Shown: positions 9,838-20,098 of the stretch, one piece after another | Numbering within the stretch: position 1 is the first letter of the stretch | Layout of the letters: each line of letters begins with the position of its first letter | Assembly: GCA_963668315.1 (NCBI GenBank) | Contig: OY764216.1 | Coordinates: 4,448,001-4,512,000, forward strand | Reading direction: 5' to 3' | Length of the DNA stretch: 64,000 bases | From: Spirochaetia bacterium | GTDB lineage: Bacteria > Spirochaetota > Spirochaetia > DSM-2461 | The notes under the pieces: generated by a model | Told to the model about the DNA's origin: nothing | The model's database searches: none | The model's input: the letters and a program-made list of their open reading frames with translations, nothing else | Program-made: the position numbers and the translations under genes

Positions 9838-10536
9838 TCAGAACCCCTGAACATTATTCGAACAGCGGGACAAAAGCTTTTCCCTGTCAGGAACGATGAT
9901 CCTGTTTCTTGCCGTTTCAATGATATGGGACGTACGTAATTCTTTTAATGCCCGTTCGGTATGTGCCTGTGATGCGCCTATGATATTAGCCAGATTTTTC
10001 TGTGAGAAGGGGATTTCGTTACTCTCACTCTGCATATTCGTAATATAGAGGTAGAGTACATCGCAGATTCTTGTCGTGCTTCGGTCGTATGCCTGACTGA
10101 CCGAATCATAGAGCAGATAGCCGATGAACTCGCAGTCCGATTCTAGCAGAGATACGGCCAGTTCCGGCTTTTCCAAGGACATTCGACGCAACTCGGCATA
10201 GGAAAATTTATAAACTTCCCAATCCGTAAAAGCCCGGAGAATCAGCTCAAAATCCATCAGGCTGTTATGAGAAACCACTCCGATGGGAAATAGGGAACCG
10301 GGACCGAGAAGCATCATCGATTTTTCGTTGCCGTTCTCATGGCCAATCGCCATTTGCATAATCCCGCTTTTAATATAATAGGCCGTATCATTAATCTTTC
10401 CAAACTGCGTTAAAAAGGCCCCCTTCCCGTATGTGGCATATTGGGTATTTTGTCCTTGTATATAAGACTCGTATTGGCTGACCTTGTTGAAAAAATAGAG
10501 ACTCGGGTTTACTGTCTTTTCCAGAGTGTCCTCCAT
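9838..10536 (-). CDS. Crp/Fnr-family regulator
   Basis: cNMP-like beta roll (YYIKSG..GPGSLFP) and C-terminal HTH (SQKNLANIIGAS..ERALKEL). Confidence 0.85.
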   Translation of the reverse strand: MEDTLEKTVNPSLYFFNKVSQYESYIQGQNTQYATYGKGAFLTQFGKINDTAYYIKSGIMQMAIGHENGNEKSMMLLGPGSLFPIGVVSHNSLMDFELILRAFTDWEVYKFSYAELRRMSLEKPELAVSLLESDCEFIGYLLYDSVSQAYDRSTTRICDVLYLYITNMQSESNEIPFSQKNLANIIGASQAHTERALKELRTSHIIETARNRIIVPDREKLLSRCSNNVQGF

Positions 10537-10750
10537 TTGGCTGTACTTTTATGATAATTTGATAGTTATTAATGGACAAGGGGTAAATCTCCGTCTGAAA
10601 ACACAAAATGATTCTGTCTTTCCGCTAGTCCCATAATACCTTTTTCCTTTCCTGCCTGTAACCATCAAATGAGGGAATAATAATGATTTTCTTTCGGTAT
10701 GATGGGGAATCAATATTTTTTTACTCATTTCATTCAGGAGGTAATTAAAA

Positions 10751-12402
10751 ATGAAAAGAGCGTTTAGTCTACTGCTGATGGTGCTGATAATGGCCGTCAT
10801 AGCCTCATACTCCAGGGAATCGGGAGATTCGGCCGGAGCGAAAAAGATCTCTTATCAGCCGGGGACCTATTCTGCCACCGTCGTCAGTATGAAAGGCGAC
10901 TTGACCGTTGAGGTAGGAGTCGATTATTCCGCAATACAGTCAGCGGTGCGACGGTCACCTCTATGGCTATTCTCCGGGCCTCAGAACTGGCTTTGGCTAA
11001 GTCGGGAATCAATGTCGATCTTTTGAAGAAGAGGACGGAGAAACCGGCGCTGAAGGAAGGGCCGGATGAGAATTACGATGTGGTGATTGTCGGTTCCGGC
11101 GCTTCGGGACTTTCGGCAGCAATAAGAATCGGAGCGGAAAGTGATCTGAAAGTTCTGGTGCTGGAGAAGCTGGCCTATTACGGAGGTTCGTCCCGCGCTT
11201 TCGGAGGAGGTGTCTGGGCCATGGGATCAGAACTGAACAGAAATGTCGGCATAGATTCGACTGCGGACGAATACATCGCCTTTATGGAGAAACGTTCGGG
11301 AAAGTCCCTGGACAGGGCGCTTCAGACAAATCTCCATGATATAGCAGGTTCCACCTTTGACTATCTGGTAGATCATGGATTGCCTGTGGATATTACGACA
11401 CCCAGCCTTGGTCACCCGGACTCAAAACTTGCTGTGCCATGGGCGTTGAAAAATGCGGAATTGACCTATCAGACGAGCGAAGGCGGCAGAGATATTTTGG
11501 AGTCCGTGGCAGAGACCGCCCGAAGTCTCGGTGTTGAAATCAGAACCAATGCGAAGGTCACATCCCTGGAAGTAGAAAAGGGAGTAATAAGGGGCGTGGC
11601 TGTTGAAGGTCTGGATAGCGCCTACACAGTCCATGCAGAGAAAGTGATCCTTGCCACCGGCGGATTTACCAGAAACCGGGACATGGTTAAGGAGTTCACT
11701 CCGGAATATGAGCGGGTGATGCCTTTTACCGGAGCCGGAAGTACGGGGGACGGGATTGAGATGACAAGATTCCTGGAACCCGAGATAGTCGGTGACGGCA
11801 TGATGGGCATAACCGGAGTAAATATGAACCATGGGGCATACGGCTTATTCGGGTGGCTTGGCTGGCATCCGCAAATTTTTGTGAACAAAGAGGGTGAACA
11901 GTTCGGTATGGAATCAACCTTCTACAGCGAGACACTGCCGCTGGTAAACAAGCAAACGGACGGTATGTGCTTCGGGATTGCGGACAGTACCAATTCCGCT
12001 GCAGATGTATTTGAGAAAGCATCCGGTCCCTATGCGGACTCTCATGCCGCATCCGGTGTTGTCGTAAAGGCGAATACAGTGGAAGAACTGGCGGACATAC
12101 TAAAGATTGACAAAGAGAACGTTGTCGCAGCCGCCAAGGCAAACGACCTCACGGAAGCCCCGTTTTACGGGATCAGACTCTTTCCGCTTTTCATAGGCTC
12201 CATTCCGGGACTCAAGGTTACGGAAAACTGCCAGGTTGTAAACCGCGGGGGAGAGGTCATTCCCAATCTCTATGCCGTAGGAGAGCTGACATTCGGCAAC
12301 TACTTCAATAATATTTATCCCGCTTCCGGATCCGGAATAGGTATCGCTCTTTACAGCGGAGCCCTCGCCGGCGAGCATATCGTAGAAGTACTGACGAAGT
12401 AA
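10751..12402 (+). pseudogene. Exported FMN-binding + FAD-binding flavocytochrome c / urocanate-reductase-like oxidoreductase, frameshifted by an internal deletion near 10935
   Basis: Frame 1 gives a signal peptide plus YQPGTYSATVVSMKGDLTVEV. Frame 2 resumes at VSGATVTS (flavinylation motif), then DVVIVGSGASG, VILATGGF, GSTGDG and IPNLYAVGE. Confidence 0.8.
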
Positions 12403-12687
12403 ACACCTTCCATCAAGCAGGGGATTGGGAAAAGCCCTTCTGGATCACGAACAAAGAGGCTGTCCAAAACTCAAATGATATTTGCGACAGCCCCTCTAAA
12501 ATAGTGGGAGAGAGTTTTATGAAAAAAGCATCACATAAGAGCTTTTTGCTCCTATGCCCGGGACTGTTCCAATCCCTCTGCTTATGGGTATAATATAAAC
12601 CGGTATCGTTTCAACAGGATTACCGGCCCATTACAAATGGGTAATAATGATGTCCCCTACCCCGCCTGAATGGTAAGTTCTATGTCC

Positions 12688-13506
12688 TTATCGGGATTGC
12701 CTATCTTGTGCTTTTCTGATGATCCTTTTTGAATAACGGAAAAACAGATTAGGGAATATCCTGTTCAGATGATATACGAGCTTTGAAGTGGTTCCCGGAA
12801 TAATACGATAGGAGCCTTTCTCAATTTGCCTCATAACAAGACGAGCGAGAACCTCCGGCTGCATAAGCTTGACCGTCCCTGATATTTTATGGGTGATAAG
12901 GGGCTTTGTCAGATTCTCATGATGATAGGAAGGGGTGTCCGTATCGGGAGGAAGAACCAGGGAAACCCGGATTCCGAACCTGGAGAGCTCCGAGCGAAGG
13001 ACATCGGATAGCCCCACAACGGCAAATTTAGATGGGCTGTAGCCGGTATAACCGTAAACCCCCAATATACCCGCCATGGAGGCAATATTCACGATATGCC
13101 CCGCCCTCTGTTCCATCATATGGGGGACAGCTGCCCTTATCATGCGGGCCGTTCCCAGATAGTTTGAATCATTCTGGCTCTCTATCTCTTCCACGGCCGT
13201 ATTCTCTATCTCTTTGCACAGAGCGAATCCGGCGCTGTTCACAAGGACATCAATCTTTCCGAAAGTCCCTATAATGAATTGAATAAACTCCAACACGGAT
13301 TCGTTATCAGTCACATCCAATCTATGAAAATAGACTCTCCGATCCTCTTCCGGAGACAGCTCTTCCAGTTCTGCCGCCGTGTTTCCAAGAACGTCTTCCC
13401 GGCGGGCTCCGATAATGACATGGGCTCCCTTTTTCACATACTCTACAGCCAGGGCTTTTCCTATGCCGCTGGAGCCTCCGGTAATGGCGACAACTTGCTT
13501 TTTCAT
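12688..13506 (-). CDS. Short-chain dehydrogenase/reductase (KDSR-like subgroup)
   Basis: ITGGSSGIG, LVNSAG, YSPSK and PPDTDTP motifs. Confidence 0.9.
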   Translation of the reverse strand: MKKQVVAITGGSSGIGKALAVEYVKKGAHVIIGARREDVLGNTAAELEELSPEEDRRVYFHRLDVTDNESVLEFIQFIIGTFGKIDVLVNSAGFALCKEIENTAVEEIESQNDSNYLGTARMIRAAVPHMMEQRAGHIVNIASMAGILGVYGYTGYSPSKFAVVGLSDVLRSELSRFGIRVSLVLPPDTDTPSYHHENLTKPLITHKISGTVKLMQPEVLARLVMRQIEKGSYRIIPGTTSKLVYHLNRIFPNLFFRYSKRIIRKAQDRQSR

Positions 13507-13524
13507 TATATCCCTCTCGTCAGA

Positions 13525-14670
13525 TTATCGGTGTATTCCAACGGATCTATCTAATCCGCTGCGTAGGCGGCTATAATTTTCTCCCAGGATTCGGCAGCAG
13601 GTTTTCTCAAAGAGCTCCGGTTCGCTACCCCCTTCGATCCCCTTTATGCAAATAAGCAATTCGTTCAGCTGATTGTTATAGAGAGCATCGGAACCGAAGA
13701 GAATCCGTTCAGAATCGGCATTTCTCACAATCTCAGCGATCAGGCCGGCGGATATACTTGAGGTTTCCAGCCAGAGATGAGGATAGTTATGATAAAACCG
13801 GATAAGGGATTTCACATCGGGACGGTTAATCCCGTAATTGACACAATGGGCGAGGACAAAGGTACAGCCGTATCCCTCTAACAGTCGGCTTCTTCCCTTT
13901 TTATCATAATAATTCCGGGGCAGGCCATAATGGCCTCCCGATTTATCGAGCATATAGGGAAACTTCTGTACTTGCCTTTCCCCGGCGACAATGTTGCTGC
14001 GGCCTCCATGGAGCAGTATATAAAGACCTCTCTTCTCCGCTGTCCTGTATAGGATATCGAGCTTCCCGGCTATCTCATCGGGATTATCCTCCGGATAGGG
14101 GTAGAATCCCTGCAAGTTGGGATGCATTTTAATACCGCAGATGTGAAACTCCCGCTTCTGCCGCTCTATCTCCTCCTCAATGCTCTTCCCGTCTATCCCG
14201 TGTATATCCAGAGAGCCCAGAAAATCCCAGCGGTAACTCTGTCCGTAAAGCCTGAAGATATCGTCAATCCTGTTAAAAGGCGAGACGGCCAGCAGAATGC
14301 TCTTCCGAATACGGGAAGCATTCATCTCATCCAGAATCCTCTTGCCCCCAATAAAGGCATAGGAATCTTTTATACTTCTCTCTACTTCGGAGGGCAGAAA
14401 AGAAAAGGCGAACTTTGACAAAATCGTGTCAGCCCGGTTATGGTTAAGATTGGTCACAAAACCGCCGTCAAGATAACCTTCCTTTACAGCTTCATAGGGC
14501 TTTCCGTTGGATGGGAACTCCCATAAATCCATATCGGCGGGACGGAACGATTCCAGGTCCAGACAGTTCATGACCTCCAGAGGATGGGTATGGGTGTCGG
14601 TTATTTCAAGATTATACGTCTGAAGAAGAGTCTCTAGGATAGGATAATACTTCTTATACAACTTAAGCAT
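13525..14670 (-). CDS. Amidohydrolase_2-family metal-dependent hydrolase
   Basis: DTHTH, GIKMHP, ILLHGG, FVLAHC and ILFGSD motifs. Confidence 0.8.
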   Translation of the reverse strand: MLKLYKKYYPILETLLQTYNLEITDTHTHPLEVMNCLDLESFRPADMDLWEFPSNGKPYEAVKEGYLDGGFVTNLNHNRADTILSKFAFSFLPSEVERSIKDSYAFIGGKRILDEMNASRIRKSILLAVSPFNRIDDIFRLYGQSYRWDFLGSLDIHGIDGKSIEEEIERQKREFHICGIKMHPNLQGFYPYPEDNPDEIAGKLDILYRTAEKRGLYILLHGGRSNIVAGERQVQKFPYMLDKSGGHYGLPRNYYDKKGRSRLLEGYGCTFVLAHCVNYGINRPDVKSLIRFYHNYPHLWLETSSISAGLIAEIVRNADSERILFGSDALYNNQLNELLICIKGIEGGSEPELFEKTCCRILGENYSRLRSGLDRSVGIHR

Positions 14671-14703
14671 AATCGATTGTATATTATATTAAAGACAGTA
14701 TCC

Positions 14704-16038
14704 TTATCTGTCAACGTTAATCCGGTGAGAGCTGTCATGTCGCAAAATGAACAGGGTGGAAAAAACTATCGTGACCAGCTCCGTCACCGGAGCGGCCAGC
14801 CAGACTCCGGTCATGCCCCACAAAGAAGGAAAGACCAGAATGCATATCAGCAGAACAATCAGCCCCCTCGAAGCGGAAATGACAGCCGATTCCCGGGCTT
14901 CGCCGATTGATGTGAAATAGAATGAGGCAATAACATTGAATCCCATGAAAAGAAAAGCCAGGGAATAGAGGGGTATCCCTTCTTCTACCATTTCACGGAC
15001 GGCCGTATTTTTTACAAACAGATTACTGTAGGAACCGGAAAAAAGATTCAGCAAAAGCAAAGTCACCAGCCCCAGTATGAAAACGTAGATGATGGTAACG
15101 TTCCTTGCTTTCCGGCTCAATATAAACTCTTCGGCGCCGTAGGAGTAACTCATGACAGGATTGGCTCCCTGGCCGAAGCCCGAAACAATCATACCGAAAA
15201 GAAAAGAGACATAACCCACAATGGTAAAGGCGGCGATCCCGTTGACTCCGACTTCCCTGAGTATGACATGATTCAACGCAAACATGGTTATACTCATAGA
15301 GAGCTGGCCGATAAACTCGGAACTGCCGTTTAAAAAAGTTTCTGTCAGCACCTTTCGTGAAGGAGAAAATTTCCCGAATCTGAATATGGCCGATTTTCCT
15401 CTGAAATAGAGCAGCATGCAGACAAATCCTGTCAATACAGAAAACAATGACCCATAGGCGATTCCTTCGATCCCCCGGTCCAGAACGGCGATAAACAGAT
15501 AGTCCAGAACAATATTGACAGCAATCGCGAGAATAGTGATCTGCATAAAAGCTTCCGGTTTGCCCTCAATCCTGATAAACATTCCGAGAACGGTATTCAA
15601 TACCATAAAGGGATAGACAAATAGCATGATGAAGTAGTAACGATAGAAAAATGATCTCACCCCTTCGTCCCCGATGAGCCGGTCAGCCATTGAGGCAAGA
15701 GCCAACAGAAATACCCCGCTCATCATCAAGAGAGTGATAACCGCCGTCGCCGCAGTCTGATTAAATACGGCGATGCTCTCCTCCCTTTTCCTGCCTCCGA
15801 GCCATTGCCCCGCTATGACACTGCCCCCTACCCCGATCATAATTCCAAATCCCAGATACAGGTAAAGAATGGGTAGTCCCAGATTGACGGCGGCGATGGC
15901 ATCCTTTCCGATATAGTTCCCGATAAACAACCCGTCGACTATCGTAATCAGTGAGGTTAAAATCATGGCGACAATGGAAGGTACGGCATACTTCAAAACA
16001 GTTTGAGGGATGTGGTCATTCATCTTTTCAAGATTCAT
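14704..16038 (-). CDS. MATE efflux transporter (MepA-like)
   Basis: IVDGLFIG, AAVNL, NIVLDYLFI and GVWLAAP motifs; about 12 TM segments. Confidence 0.93.
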   Translation of the reverse strand: MNLEKMNDHIPQTVLKYAVPSIVAMILTSLITIVDGLFIGNYIGKDAIAAVNLGLPILYLYLGFGIMIGVGGSVIAGQWLGGRKREESIAVFNQTAATAVITLLMMSGVFLLALASMADRLIGDEGVRSFFYRYYFIMLFVYPFMVLNTVLGMFIRIEGKPEAFMQITILAIAVNIVLDYLFIAVLDRGIEGIAYGSLFSVLTGFVCMLLYFRGKSAIFRFGKFSPSRKVLTETFLNGSSEFIGQLSMSITMFALNHVILREVGVNGIAAFTIVGYVSFLFGMIVSGFGQGANPVMSYSYGAEEFILSRKARNVTIIYVFILGLVTLLLLNLFSGSYSNLFVKNTAVREMVEEGIPLYSLAFLFMGFNVIASFYFTSIGEARESAVISASRGLIVLLICILVFPSLWGMTGVWLAAPVTELVTIVFSTLFILRHDSSHRINVDR

Positions 16039-16114
16039 TTATGGGATCTCCTTAAGTCATAAAATTCTCTTGAGTGTAGAAGGGAATACTTTATTTATCT
16101 TCTGAATTCCTGCT

Positions 16115-16954
16115 CTATTTCACGGGAATGAAAATTCCCATTTCAAAATAGTCCTTCTCACAGTCGGCCATTTTATAGGAATCAAAACCGATCCGGTCAT
16201 CCAATTCATAGGGGCATTTCGGAAGCCAGACATTGAAAATACCTTTGTAGGCTTGAAAGATCTCTCTGGAAGAGCCTTCGAACCGGTATGCGGCGAACCG
16301 CCCTCCCTCGATAATTCTCCCCTTATCCCGGATCTCCCCGTCTTTAACGGTCATACAGATATCATAAATGCATCTGTCCTTGTCGGTGATGTTAGGATCG
16401 TCATAGGTTATCTCGATAAACCGAGTTTCTTCGGTCGCCAGGTGGCCGTACCGGCTGACAAAATCCGCCCAATGTTCGGGCATATTCCCGTAGCACCCGA
16501 TGTACCTTTCATAAAGGACAGGGAAATCCCGCTCCTCCCTTATGGTCATCCTATCGTCATAATAGGAAAAATCCCGGTACGTGACGTCCACATCATACAG
16601 GGGGTGCCTCCTGTCAAGGGCGTTCTCCCTCTTAAGTTTCCTGTATTCCGCGGGAGAAAGACTGTGATGTTTCTTGAAGGCGGAACTGTAATTGGACGAA
16701 CTGTAGCCATAGTCCAGACTGATATCCGTGATGGTTCTGTTTACATCCGTACCCAGGCGAAGGGCGCTTTTTTCCATTCTCAATCTTTTTACGAACGAAT
16801 AAATGCTCTCTCCCGTTTCGGCTTTGAAGACCCTGTTGAAGTAGTATTGGGAGAAATGGCAGTGGTTAGCGATATCCTCCACGGTAAGCTCGCGGGTCAG
16901 ATTCCTGAGAATGTAATCTATCCCCCTGTTTACCACGCGGTTCGTGATGCTCAT
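16115..16954 (-). CDS. AraC-family regulator with C-terminal GyrI-like domain
   Basis: N-terminal double HTH (FSQYYFNRVFK..GYSSSNYSSAFKK); C-terminal YDDP..YDIC..GGRFA..WLP. Confidence 0.9.
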   Translation of the reverse strand: MSITNRVVNRGIDYILRNLTRELTVEDIANHCHFSQYYFNRVFKAETGESIYSFVKRLRMEKSALRLGTDVNRTITDISLDYGYSSSNYSSAFKKHHSLSPAEYRKLKRENALDRRHPLYDVDVTYRDFSYYDDRMTIREERDFPVLYERYIGCYGNMPEHWADFVSRYGHLATEETRFIEITYDDPNITDKDRCIYDICMTVKDGEIRDKGRIIEGGRFAAYRFEGSSREIFQAYKGIFNVWLPKCPYELDDRIGFDSYKMADCEKDYFEMGIFIPVK

Positions 16955-17218
16955 ATAGCTATTATGCCTCTCAGGAATTCAACATGGGCGACCCGCGCTG
17001 TTGTCCATTGAAAAAATCACCATAAAGATACCTTCGACGATTAAAAACAACAATCGGGAAATCATGCAGAAGATTTCCCGATTCTATCGTAATATACAGT
17101 TATTTTCAATTTCCTTGCTAATGGCTTTTTTTTCAAAAAAAGAGTCCCGAAATATATATTCGGACGACCGGGCGTCATTCTTTTCTGTATATTCATGCAT
17201 ATTTTCATTCAAGGAGAG

Positions 17219-19273
17219 ATGACCCAATTGAAAAAGAAACATTCTCGATTCAGAGGTACGACGGTTCTGCTAATTACGCTCCTAGCAGCCCTGGCAAGCG
17301 GTTGCCCGGACGGTACGACCAACAGCCCGGTTAGGGAGACCTACACGGTCAGCTATGACGGCAATGGTGCCGTCACCGGTTCGGTTCCGGTTGACACTGC
17401 ACTCTATGGGGAAGGTGATTCCGTTACGGTACTGGACAATACCGGCAACCTTGGAAAAACCGATTTTTCCTTCACAGGCTGGAATACGGCGGCTGACGGC
17501 AGCGGCACGGCCTACTCTGCCGGAAGTACGTTTGCTATGGAAGCCGCCGATACGACGCTCTACGCCCAGTGGCTGTCGCAAAAAGTCACACTGGCCATAT
17601 CGATTCCTGCAGAAAACGGCTATACCAGGGAGCAGACGTTTACGGTCAGTTTCCTTTTCAATAAGGATGTGACCGGTTTTGACAGCAGTGATATAATCAT
17701 ATCGAACGGCACCCTCTCCGGCTTAACGGGAAGCGGAAAAACCTATTCAGCCACAGTTACAGCAGATGCTGAAGGCGCCGTTGTTATTACAGCAGCGGAT
17801 AAGGCGGCCACCGCCGACAACGGCTACAGCTCGGAGCTTACCGCTTATACCGTCCATTACGACATAACAGCACCTGCCACAGTGACTCCGGTGATTACCG
17901 CCATAGGCGGCGGAAAACTGACCATGATTTGGAATGAACCAACCGATGATCCCAGTTTTGACCACGTCCTTGTCAGTTATGATGACAGTCCTCAGGTAAA
18001 GGTCGATAAGGGAACTACCTCCTATACCTTCAGCGGCCTTTCAATAGGAGAATCCTATTGTCCGCTGATCTATACGGTAGACGCCGCGGGCAATACAACC
18101 GAATACCCCGGTGAGGGTTTAAGCGAGTATATGGAAGATGATGTTTTCAGAACCCTTTACCATGTGAAGAACGCATCTGATCTTACGGCAATGGCTAATG
18201 ATCTGAACGGGTACTACATCATTAATAATACTATCGATCTTCAGGATATCTCCAGCTGGACACCGATCGGCACAGAAAGTGCCCCCTTTACCGGTATTAT
18301 TTCAGGAGGAAACAGTAGCTGGAGCAGCAGACGTATCACGAATATGAAGGTATCGGCCGGAAACTACAGAGGCCTTCTGGGTTATGCGTCTTCTGCCTAT
18401 ATACACAATATTGAACTCCGAACCTCCAGTATAGCCGTTGCAGACGGGAATCAGTACTGCGGACTTCTGGCAGGGTATATGAAGAACTCCAGGGTTATAG
18501 ACACATGGATAGAAGGCAGCGTAGGTTCCGGCAACTACGGCTCCTATATAGGAGGGGTGGCCGGCTTTATCTCTGGTACTACAATAGATACCTGTACAGC
18601 TTTTATCGATGTAAAAGGAAATCAGTACTGTGGAGGAATTACCGGGGCTACAGAAGGCAATTCAGCAGTAAATCTGGCCGGTGTAATCAGCAGCAGCTCT
18701 CCAGGTCTTTCCGGAGCAGTGGGCATAGCCGGCCTTGTAGGACTTGCAGGAAGCGGTACTCTGGCAATAAGCGAATCTTATATATATATGAATATTTCTT
18801 CAGCATCTGAAGCCGCAGAGAAAAAATATGCGGCAGGCTTATGCGCAATAAATGAAGGCAGTCTGATAATTCACGACTGTTTTGCAATGGGAAACGTAAG
18901 CAATACAGGGGGCAGCTATACCGGAGGTCTGATTGGATACGGCAGCGGTTCGGTGACCTGTACAAACTCATATTGCGACGGAGTAATTACCGGCGGCACT
19001 GGTACAGGTGGATTATACGGATATATCGAAGGTCCTGCAGTAACATCAGGATGCTTCTTCTCTCCAAGAACAGGACAGACATCTGTAAAGGGAGATATCA
19101 ACGGCGATGGAGTAGCCGACGGTAACGGCGAAGGCGAACTATATGACAGCAGCTACCCCGGCTACACCGGCTCAATGAATGGTATTGTCGCTGCAGGAGG
19201 CTGGAGCACTGATATCTGGAATGACAGCGTCTTCAGTTCTCCATTATTGAATAATAATATAATTCCATTTTAA
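17219..19273 (+). CDS. Surface lipoprotein with InlB B-repeat, Ig-like, FN3-like and GLUG-type repeats
   Basis: AAGGAG RBS then ATG 17219; lipobox LASGC; YTVSYDGNG..FTGWNTAADGSG..TLYAQW; repeated GGxAG/GGLIG motifs. Confidence 0.8.
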   Translation: MTQLKKKHSRFRGTTVLLITLLAALASGCPDGTTNSPVRETYTVSYDGNGAVTGSVPVDTALYGEGDSVTVLDNTGNLGKTDFSFTGWNTAADGSGTAYSAGSTFAMEAADTTLYAQWLSQKVTLAISIPAENGYTREQTFTVSFLFNKDVTGFDSSDIIISNGTLSGLTGSGKTYSATVTADAEGAVVITAADKAATADNGYSSELTAYTVHYDITAPATVTPVITAIGGGKLTMIWNEPTDDPSFDHVLVSYDDSPQVKVDKGTTSYTFSGLSIGESYCPLIYTVDAAGNTTEYPGEGLSEYMEDDVFRTLYHVKNASDLTAMANDLNGYYIINNTIDLQDISSWTPIGTESAPFTGIISGGNSSWSSRRITNMKVSAGNYRGLLGYASSAYIHNIELRTSSIAVADGNQYCGLLAGYMKNSRVIDTWIEGSVGSGNYGSYIGGVAGFISGTTIDTCTAFIDVKGNQYCGGITGATEGNSAVNLAGVISSSSPGLSGAVGIAGLVGLAGSGTLAISESYIYMNISSASEAAEKKYAAGLCAINEGSLIIHDCFAMGNVSNTGGSYTGGLIGYGSGSVTCTNSYCDGVITGGTGTGGLYGYIEGPAVTSGCFFSPRTGQTSVKGDINGDGVADGNGEGELYDSSYPGYTGSMNGIVAAGGWSTDIWNDSVFSSPLLNNNIIPF

Positions 19274-19297
19274 GCTAAGAATATCTCTGTTTAACAC

Positions 19298-19334
19298 GGC
19301 CGACCCGGAGTAATTCCCGGTTCGGCCTTTTTTT
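19298..19334 (+). terminator. Rho-independent terminator
   Basis: GGCCGA-CCCGGA..TCCCGG-TTCGGCC stem followed by a T run. Confidence 0.7.
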
Positions 19335-19778
19335 AATGCTGGTCAATATTTTACGAATTCAATATAATCTTACTGCATAAAGGCAGCAGGATTATGTTAG
19401 ATTTAAGTACCAGGTTCAGTTATTTTCTCAGTTTCTTCATTGCCGCCGGCGGGATGTTCTCGGTGATTGCGTCCGTGATGCTGATCATCGTGATCCGTGA
19501 GAAAAAACTGATCCATTATCTGCAGGCGGGCTTTTTCTTTATATTCGGATTCTGTATCCTCTGCGACCCCTATTACCGTCTCGGAACCGAGAACCTTGCC
19601 CCTCACCTGCTGTACATCAACTACCCTATCGTAATGCTTATAGGCCCGCTTTTCTTTCTCTACTTTAAAAGCCTCTTTGACCGGAGTGTTGAATCACACA
19701 TTATCCTGACCAAAACTTCCAGATTATTCTGGAATCCAAATTATTTTAACAGCTTCCCCGAAAGGGAAGCCATAAATC

Positions 19779-20084
19779 TTAGAACGGCAAACTTAACTGT
19801 CCGTCAAAATCCGCATCAGGATCAAGAGAAAGTTCATCCCACTCCTTCTCAAGTATCTCCTCAATTACCGGTACAGAGACCTTTCCATAATAGAGAGCTC
19901 TCTCACAGGCTGCCTCCATTCTCACCGGCGAGACCTTAAACGTCAGATCCAAAAACCGACTGACCTCTTCATATTTCTCATGGCACCACCTACCCCACAA
20001 CATATAGGCTACCTGCCTGGTTTTCTCCATGAAAAGATAAGTTTCAGGAGGAGTAAAGCGAAAAAAAGTTTTCCCATTATCCAT
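19779..20084 (-). CDS. Small protein resembling the C-terminal helical region of IS21-family IstA
   Basis: AGGAGG RBS; RMEAACERALYYG..V..ILEK resembles the RLEAACxRAL tail of IstA proteins. Confidence 0.6.
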   Translation of the reverse strand: MDNGKTFFRFTPPETYLFMEKTRQVAYMLWGRWCHEKYEEVSRFLDLTFKVSPVRMEAACERALYYGKVSVPVIEEILEKEWDELSLDPDADFDGQLSLPF

Positions 20085-20098
20085 ACGGCTTCCTCCTG

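Noticed and set aside
19394..19939. 181-aa stand-alone ORF, and the 270-aa ORF starting at 22854
   Set aside because: These are the two halves of one interrupted gene reading into or out of the transposon ends.
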